A DNA stretch of 64,000 nucleotides, taken from IMG/VR virus record IMGVR_UViG_3300043399_000788, positions 1-64,000 of that record; one strand, 5' to 3'. Source of the DNA: a virus. Position 1 is the first letter of the stretch. The number at the start of each line of letters is the position of its first letter. The notes beneath the pieces are model-generated. The model saw nothing but the letters and a program-made list of their open reading frames with translations, did not search any database and was not told where the DNA came from. Positions 58,100 to 64,000 of this stretch are shown here, in pieces. Made by a program: the position numbers and the translations under genes.

Positions 58100-58943
58100 T
58101 TTTAAAGATGAGCGTGGGTTTTTAACTTTTGCGGTAGGAAAAGAATACGTTAAACTTGCATATGCACAAGCATTAAGTATCAAGCTTACACAAAAAAATA
58201 ATAATGTTGCTATTATTGTAGACACTGATGCTGTACAAGAACTTGATAAGTTTGATAAAATATTTGACGAAGTAATAGTAATAAATCATACTCAAAACGG
58301 TTGGGATATGAGTCAATATTGGCAAGCGTTTAGGTTAACTCCATGGCGAGAAACTTTCTTAGTAGAAGCTGATATTATTTTCCCAACATCTATTGATCAT
58401 TGGTGGGATATTGTTAGAGAACGTGAAGTTTGCTTACCTAATGCAGTTAAAGACTTTAGAGAAGATACAATAACAACTCGTCGTTATAGAAAGTTGTTTG
58501 ATGAAAATTTACTGCCAGACGTATATGCAGGGTTCGTTTATTTCCGTTATTCGCAATTTGCTATGGAATTTTTTGCATTAATTAGAATGATAATGGAAAA
58601 TTGGGAATGGGTCTCAAAAGAACACATAATTAAAAATGAAGATACTAGAATTAGAATTGATGAAGTATTTTCATTAGCTACAAGAATAATGGGAAAGCAA
58701 TATTTAACGTTACCTTTCTCAGTCCCAACGTTCGTACACGGTAAAGGTGGTGCTTGGGGATTACGTGAACAAACACCATGGTACGAGCAATTATATGTTG
58801 AATGGAATAAGACTGTGCCAATAATTGGTCATTACCATCAACGATTGCCTTTACATTATCATCATAAGGAATGGATATCAGATGACATCATCAAACGATA
58901 CGAACGAATCAGAAATGAACGAAACAACAATGAATCTACTTAA
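58086..58943 (+). CDS. Nucleotide-diphospho-sugar transferase-like (GT8-like) protein
   Basis: GFLTFA....YVKLAYAQALSIK, TPWRET..VEADI, PDVY.GF.YF, FVH.K, PLHYHHK. Confidence 0.55.
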   Translation: MSKRNFKDERGFLTFAVGKEYVKLAYAQALSIKLTQKNNNVAIIVDTDAVQELDKFDKIFDEVIVINHTQNGWDMSQYWQAFRLTPWRETFLVEADIIFPTSIDHWWDIVREREVCLPNAVKDFREDTITTRRYRKLFDENLLPDVYAGFVYFRYSQFAMEFFALIRMIMENWEWVSKEHIIKNEDTRIRIDEVFSLATRIMGKQYLTLPFSVPTFVHGKGGAWGLREQTPWYEQLYVEWNKTVPIIGHYHQRLPLHYHHKEWISDDIIKRYERIRNERNNNEST

Positions 58944-59255
58944 GGCTATTCAAGAATATAAAGAACCTGAAGTAACACCAATTGTAATTAAATTAATATA
59001 TGATCCTGAAACAACATTAGTAACAGGATTCACTTTTGAAGATACTGATAAACCTTGGGTAGAAATTACAAGGGAACAGTATGATTCAGGTCTTCCATTT
59101 AAGAAGCTAAAAGTTGTTAACGGTAAAATTGAAGAAATAACTCGCGAAACCAAAAAAAAAAACTTTTAGTTGATGGCGATAAGTGGCATACATCAGAATC
59201 AAATATGTTAATAATGGGTAACGAACGGGGTTGGGATGAACGAAAGAATAGTTGA
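58915..59255 (+). CDS. Hypothetical protein interrupted by a frameshift at an A11 run
   Basis: MNETTMNLL... stops at TAG 59167-59169 just after A11. The -1 frame continues (K)LLVDGDKWHTSESNMLIMGNERGWDERKNS* to 59255, overlapping the next ATG. Confidence 0.55.
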
Positions 59256-60147
59256 TATCGCAGATTTAGATTGTATCTATCTAAGTTACGACGAGCCACG
59301 AAAAGAAGAATTTTGGGCAAAAATATCAGCTATGGTGCCATGGGCAAAGCGTGTTGATGGTATCAAAGGTAGCGATGCTGCACATAAAGCAGCAGCCGCA
59401 GCTAGTGATACTGAACGCTTTGTACTAATTGATGGCGACAATCTTCCTAATCCAAAATTCTTTGATCAGCAACTTATTTTAAATTTATCAAATGAAAACT
59501 ACGTATTTCGTTGGAAAGCACTTAACAACATTAACGGGCTTACATATGGTAATGGTGGAATAAGTTGCTGGACAAAGCAATTTGTAAACAATATGAAAAC
59601 TCATGAAGCGAGCTTAGGCGAAGATCATACCCAAGTGGAGTTTTGTTGGAATACAGGTTACATTGCCATGCATGATGTTTGGTCAACGACGTACCCAAAT
59701 CAATCTCCATATCATGCCTGGCGTGCTGGTTTTCGTGAAGGGGTTAAGATGTGTCTTGATCGCGGAGTAAAACCATCACTAATGGATTTTCAAACACGAG
59801 TAAGTCTTGGTAACATGCGTAACTTAAGCATATGGCATAACATTGGTGCAGATGCAGAGTACGGCGACTGGGCAATACTTGGGGCTCGTATGGGAACTTA
59901 TATGACTATGCTTGATAATTGGGATTATAGATTAGTACATGATTTTGATGAACTTAGGAAAGTCTATGATGATACCTTAATTCATCATGAATTTGTTGAA
60001 GCTAGAGATATGGATTTCTTTGGCGAACAATTAAAAGTTAAGCTTGGATTAGATATAATATACGAAGATTCTGTACACTATAGCGTATTTTTTAAGAAGT
60101 ATGCTTATGTACGTAAAAACAAAGGTATTATGGAGATTGATAGTTGA
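59236..60147 (+). CDS. Glycosyltransferase-like (GT-A) protein
   Basis: CIYLSYDEP, RVDGIKG.DAAH.AAA, FVLIDGDN (DxD), YGNGG, AWRAGFREGVKM. Confidence 0.5.
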   Translation: MNERIVDIADLDCIYLSYDEPRKEEFWAKISAMVPWAKRVDGIKGSDAAHKAAAAASDTERFVLIDGDNLPNPKFFDQQLILNLSNENYVFRWKALNNINGLTYGNGGISCWTKQFVNNMKTHEASLGEDHTQVEFCWNTGYIAMHDVWSTTYPNQSPYHAWRAGFREGVKMCLDRGVKPSLMDFQTRVSLGNMRNLSIWHNIGADAEYGDWAILGARMGTYMTMLDNWDYRLVHDFDELRKVYDDTLIHHEFVEARDMDFFGEQLKVKLGLDIIYEDSVHYSVFFKKYAYVRKNKGIMEIDS

Positions 60148-60695
60148 AATTATATGTTGATGGATGCAGCTTTGTTGCAGCATCAGGTATATCGAGCGAT
60201 TACAAAATGGCAAAGTTGCTTAACGCAGATAAAGACATGAGTCTAGAAGGAAAAAGCAACTTACAAATAGTTCACGATGTTTATAAAAACATTGATAATT
60301 ATAGCCACTTCTTCATATCGTTTACGTTTAGTAATAGATTTGTCATTTTTGAAAATGGTAAGCGTTGCTTTCATATACTGCCAAATTTAGATACAAGGCG
60401 TTTTCCAGATAAAAATGATTTTGAGAAATATAAAGCATTCCACGATTTTTATTATCGACATATGAATTTAGATTTTAATAGTGCTCTAACTGATTTTTAC
60501 GTTGATAGTATTATTTCAATGCTTAAGTTTTATAATAAAACGTATTTGATATATACAGTTGAACCAAGGAAAACAAAATTTCCAGATGAATTAGTTCAAT
60601 TAGATTTTTTAAAATATTCCCAAATATATGATGGTCATTTTGATGAACAGGGAATGCAAGACTGGGCAAAAGATGTTAAACGGAGATTATTTTGA
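60144..60695 (+). CDS. SGNH/GDSL-hydrolase-like protein
   Basis: N-terminal LYVDGCSF (GDS-like block I), G.SN..I and C-terminal DGH....G...WA. Confidence 0.45.
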   Translation: MKLYVDGCSFVAASGISSDYKMAKLLNADKDMSLEGKSNLQIVHDVYKNIDNYSHFFISFTFSNRFVIFENGKRCFHILPNLDTRRFPDKNDFEKYKAFHDFYYRHMNLDFNSALTDFYVDSIISMLKFYNKTYLIYTVEPRKTKFPDELVQLDFLKYSQIYDGHFDEQGMQDWAKDVKRRLF

Positions 60696-62062
60696 GTGAC
60701 TTTTTAAATGCCGCGCAAAACATGAAAGAAGAACTTGGCGAAGCACTGTGTCTTGCTAAGTGGCAACAGGTTAGTCTTCATCTAACTAATGGTTTAACTA
60801 ATAGTTGTTATCATCCTCCGTTGCATGAAATTGACGAAAGCTTATTGAAGGATAATCCTTCAGCATTACATAATACACCTTACAAAAAGGAACGTAGAAA
60901 AGAAATGCTTGAAGGCAAGAAGTGCAATGAATGCAGTTATTGTTGGAATATTGAAGCAACGGGTAATTTAAGTGATAGACATTATCGCAGTGGAGAACCT
61001 TGGGCAGCTATACATTTAAATAGAATACGCCAACAAAGCTGGGATAAAGATGAGGTACCAAGTTATGTTGAAGTCAATTTTAGCAATGTGTGTAATCTTG
61101 CTTGTAGTTACTGTTCTCCTCAGTTTAGCTCTACCTGGGGAGCGCAAGCGGAGAGGTTTGGAGCTTATCCCACTTCCACGCCACACAATGATCCAGAACA
61201 TTTTAAAGGAAGAAGAAAAGTTATTCCTAACAGGGAATACAATCCTTACCTAGAAGCATTTTGGAAATGGTGGCCTGCGCTATATCCACAGTTAAAGCAT
61301 TTCCGTATGACTGGCGGTGAACCAATACTTGATAAGAACACTTATAAAGTATTTGATTATGTTTTAAAGAATTCAAAACCAGACCTACATTTAAATGTAA
61401 CAAGTAATTTTAGTACTGATCAAGGTTTGTTTGATTACTATCTAAGCAAAGTTAAATTACTATGTGAAGGTGAAAAAATTGAACACTTTATGCAGTTTGT
61501 AAGCGTTGATACTTTTGGTAAGCAAGCAGAATACATTAGACCAGGATTAATTTTCAAACGTTTACAAGATAACGTTGAACGTTTCTTAACAGAAATACCA
61601 GGTCGAAATAGCGTAACGTTTATTATCACTATGAACAACTTAGTTGTACCAGGCATACAAGATTTGCTTAACTGGATTTTAGAACTACGTTCTAAACATA
61701 GTCACACATATCAGCGTGTATGGTTTGATACACCACTGCTTAGGAATCCAAGTTGGCAAAGTTTACAAGTATTACCGGAAGCTTATGCTTGGAAACTCAA
61801 ACAAGTAAGAAATTGGATGCAGGAAAAGATTCTTGTAGAGGAACAGAATCGTTATGATGGATTTAAGGACTACGAGATTCAACGAATGAATCGCATTATT
61901 GCCATGATGAAACAACATAGCGATAATAAAAATTTAAAAGCAGATTTTTATCGTTTCTTTAATGAACACGATCGTCGACATAACCTAAAATTTACAGAAG
62001 TATTTCCAGACATGCTAACTTTTTGGGATGAATGTAAGTATTGGGCAGACAATGCATTGTAA
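60692..62062 (+). CDS. Radical SAM protein with N-terminal twitch/SPASM-like Cys cluster
   Basis: CLAKW...SCYH...C.ECSYCW..E, then CNLACSYC and MTGGEP. Confidence 0.85.
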   Translation: MSDFLNAAQNMKEELGEALCLAKWQQVSLHLTNGLTNSCYHPPLHEIDESLLKDNPSALHNTPYKKERRKEMLEGKKCNECSYCWNIEATGNLSDRHYRSGEPWAAIHLNRIRQQSWDKDEVPSYVEVNFSNVCNLACSYCSPQFSSTWGAQAERFGAYPTSTPHNDPEHFKGRRKVIPNREYNPYLEAFWKWWPALYPQLKHFRMTGGEPILDKNTYKVFDYVLKNSKPDLHLNVTSNFSTDQGLFDYYLSKVKLLCEGEKIEHFMQFVSVDTFGKQAEYIRPGLIFKRLQDNVERFLTEIPGRNSVTFIITMNNLVVPGIQDLLNWILELRSKHSHTYQRVWFDTPLLRNPSWQSLQVLPEAYAWKLKQVRNWMQEKILVEEQNRYDGFKDYEIQRMNRIIAMMKQHSDNKNLKADFYRFFNEHDRRHNLKFTEVFPDMLTFWDECKYWADNAL

Positions 62063-63176
62063 ATTTTTAACAAATGGGGTAAGAATAAATGAAGATGGAT
62101 CTGTTGTTCCTTGTTGCGAATTTACTGGCAACATAGGTATTAATATTTCTAAAGATTTTAATTTTGAAGGATATTTTTCTTCTCCACAAGTTACTGATTT
62201 AAAAGAAAAGTTATCTAATAATATATGGCCAAGCCAGTGTTCTCAGTGTGAGAACAAAGAAAAGTTAAAGCATTTTAGTGCTCGTCAACGTGCTAATATT
62301 GAATTACCTAAAGGGTTAACAGTTGACATTGTAATAGGAAGAGAATGCAATAGTGACTGCGTAATGTGTTACGCTGGGCAGAGCAGTAAAATATTTTCTA
62401 GAATTAAAAAGACAAAACCAACATTTGATGTGCCAAGTGAAGATCAATATTGGATCACTGAAAACAGTGACATCGACTACAATTGGGTTGAAAACGAAAA
62501 ATTTTGGAATCAACTTAAAGAAAATTTTGAAAACATTAGCAAAGTAAAATTCATTGGCGGAGAACCGTTATTAAGCAAAAAACTTTGGCGTTGGTTACAA
62601 GATGAAAATATTATTTCTAAAAAGCATAATAAACGTTTAGAAATTGTGACTAATGGCAGCATTTTTAATGCAGACAAAAATCAATTATTAACAGGGTGGG
62701 AAAAAACTAGTTTAACAGTTAGTATTGATTCTACAGAAAAAGAATATGAGTGGATTCGACAAGGATTACATTGGGAAGAAGTTAGTAATAATACAATCAA
62801 GTATAGTAACCTCGATAACGTTGTTGTTTCTGTTCACGCTACTATCAACTTATATAATGTTGCTACATTAGGAAATCTTGTTAGTTGGGCAAACGATAAT
62901 AATTTACTTTTTACATTTACCCCTGTAACATCTCCATCTTTATTATCAATTAAATATGCACCTATTAATATATTAAATCAAACATTAATAGAAATTGATA
63001 AGATTAAATCATTCAAAATACAAAATAGCATTCAATTAAAAGGTTTAAAAAATCTACTAAAAAATGCAATTGAGAATAATATTGAAAATGTTGAACTAAG
63101 AAAAAGTATAACTAATTATTTTAATAATCATAGACAACACTGCATGGATTGGGAAACACTAAAATGTATGACATAG
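62052..63176 (+). CDS. Radical SAM protein with N-terminal twitch/SPASM-like Cys cluster
   Basis: HC....DGSVVPCC...C.QC..KE, CNSDCVMC, FIGGEP, VTNGS, SIDS. Confidence 0.85.
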   Translation: MHCKFLTNGVRINEDGSVVPCCEFTGNIGINISKDFNFEGYFSSPQVTDLKEKLSNNIWPSQCSQCENKEKLKHFSARQRANIELPKGLTVDIVIGRECNSDCVMCYAGQSSKIFSRIKKTKPTFDVPSEDQYWITENSDIDYNWVENEKFWNQLKENFENISKVKFIGGEPLLSKKLWRWLQDENIISKKHNKRLEIVTNGSIFNADKNQLLTGWEKTSLTVSIDSTEKEYEWIRQGLHWEEVSNNTIKYSNLDNVVVSVHATINLYNVATLGNLVSWANDNNLLFTFTPVTSPSLLSIKYAPINILNQTLIEIDKIKSFKIQNSIQLKGLKNLLKNAIENNIENVELRKSITNYFNNHRQHCMDWETLKCMT

Positions 63177-64000
63177 TTTTAATTCATGTTCCTTATATGT
63201 TTAACACTAATCCGCCTCTTGCTGCACCATTGCTTAAAGCTTGTTTAGCAGAACATGACATTAATGCATATACTATTGACTTTAACATTGAGTTTATCAA
63301 ATCAAACGTTAGCACAAAGTCCATCATAGCTTGGCTGCAAAAACCAGATTTGTTCCCAAATAAAGACGAATATCTAACATACAAAAATTGGGTAGAAGAG
63401 TCAGTTAAGCGTGCTTTAGCTCTTAATCCAAAATGGATTGGAATATCTGTTTTTACAAAAGATAGTCAGTTAGCAGCAGAAGATTTTGCTTGTGCAATTA
63501 GAAAATTGTCACCAACAACTAAGATATTAGTTGGAGGGTTAGGTGCTAATGTTAATTTAGGGCAGTGGAATTTATCATGGTATCAACTTGCATTTGATTC
63601 AAACTTAGTTGATACTGTCATAATAGGTGAAGGTGAAAAAGCTATTGTTGATGTAATTAAAAACGATAAGCATGGCATAATTAAAGCACCGCAGTTAAAC
63701 GTAGCAGAACTTGATTCTGTTCCTATGCCAGATTTTAGTGATTACACACTAAGCAATTATTACTCAGATTTAGATAAAGACACAATTGCTATTCCAATTA
63801 CTGCCAGCAAAGGATGCATTCGTGATTGTACATTTTGCGATGTAGGTAAGCATTGGCCTAATTTTAATTCACGTAGCGGTAACAAAGTAGCATCTGAGAT
63901 AATCAGTTTTTACAAGGATTACGGTTTCAAATATTTCCGTTTTACTGACAGTTTGATTAATGGTAATGTTAAAGAGTTTAGAATAATGAATGCTAAACTA
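63164..64000 (+). CDS. Cobalamin-binding-type radical SAM protein, truncated by window end (not in ORF track)
   Basis: Manual translation: MYDIVLIHVP...PPLAAPLLKACL...WIGISVF...ILVGG.G...IIGEGE...TASKGCIRDCTFCDV...FTDSLING. Confidence 0.85.
   Translation, partial: MYDIVLIHVPYMFNTNPPLAAPLLKACLAEHDINAYTIDFNIEFIKSNVSTKSIIAWLQKPDLFPNKDEYLTYKNWVEESVKRALALNPKWIGISVFTKDSQLAAEDFACAIRKLSPTTKILVGGLGANVNLGQWNLSWYQLAFDSNLVDTVIIGEGEKAIVDVIKNDKHGIIKAPQLNVAELDSVPMPDFSDYTLSNYYSDLDKDTIAIPITASKGCIRDCTFCDVGKHWPNFNSRSGNKVASEIISFYKDYGFKYFRFTDSLINGNVKEFRIMNAKL

Noticed and set aside
59167-59169. Premature TAG as a sign of stop-codon reassignment
   Set aside because: Reading through TAG hits TAA within about 14 codons; the other genes, including a 14-kb ORF, are intact in the standard code and some end in TAG or TGA. 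A frameshift explains it better.
20589-63384. Short minus-strand and alternative-frame ORFs within baseplate, fibre and radical SAM genes
   Set aside because: Nested in long coherent ORFs with no recognisable motifs; the repeated ones merely reflect the coding repeats.

Overview
This window is part of a large T4-like (myovirus, probably jumbo) bacteriophage genome, AT-rich and read in the standard code. Minus-strand head module at 1-7281: start of major capsid, scaffold, prohead protease, acidic core protein, portal, tape-measure-like gene. Then two gp26/gp51-like baseplate-hub genes and an amidinotransferase, a ~500-bp highly structured non-coding interval, and two tandem cobalamin-type radical SAM genes. 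Next come a resolvase, an Hc1-like protein, gp46/gp47 (Rad50/Mre11) and a gp55-like late sigma factor. A ~38-kb plus-strand baseplate/tail-fibre module follows: tube-initiator, gp53-, gp27-, gp5-, gp25- and gp6-like genes, a 4783-aa wedge protein, two long repeat-built fibres and further virion proteins. The window ends in an operon of glycosyltransferase-like, SGNH-like and radical SAM genes. The most notable items are: (1) the structured non-coding element at 10189-10685; (2) a five-radical-SAM + amidinotransferase + glycosyltransferase chemistry set that may modify the virion or a host or phage macromolecule; (3) sigma70-type leaderless promoters embedded in inverted repeats; (4) a poly-A frameshift site; (5) two paralogous 10-repeat fibres. 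All product calls come from motif recognition and gene order; no database searches were run.
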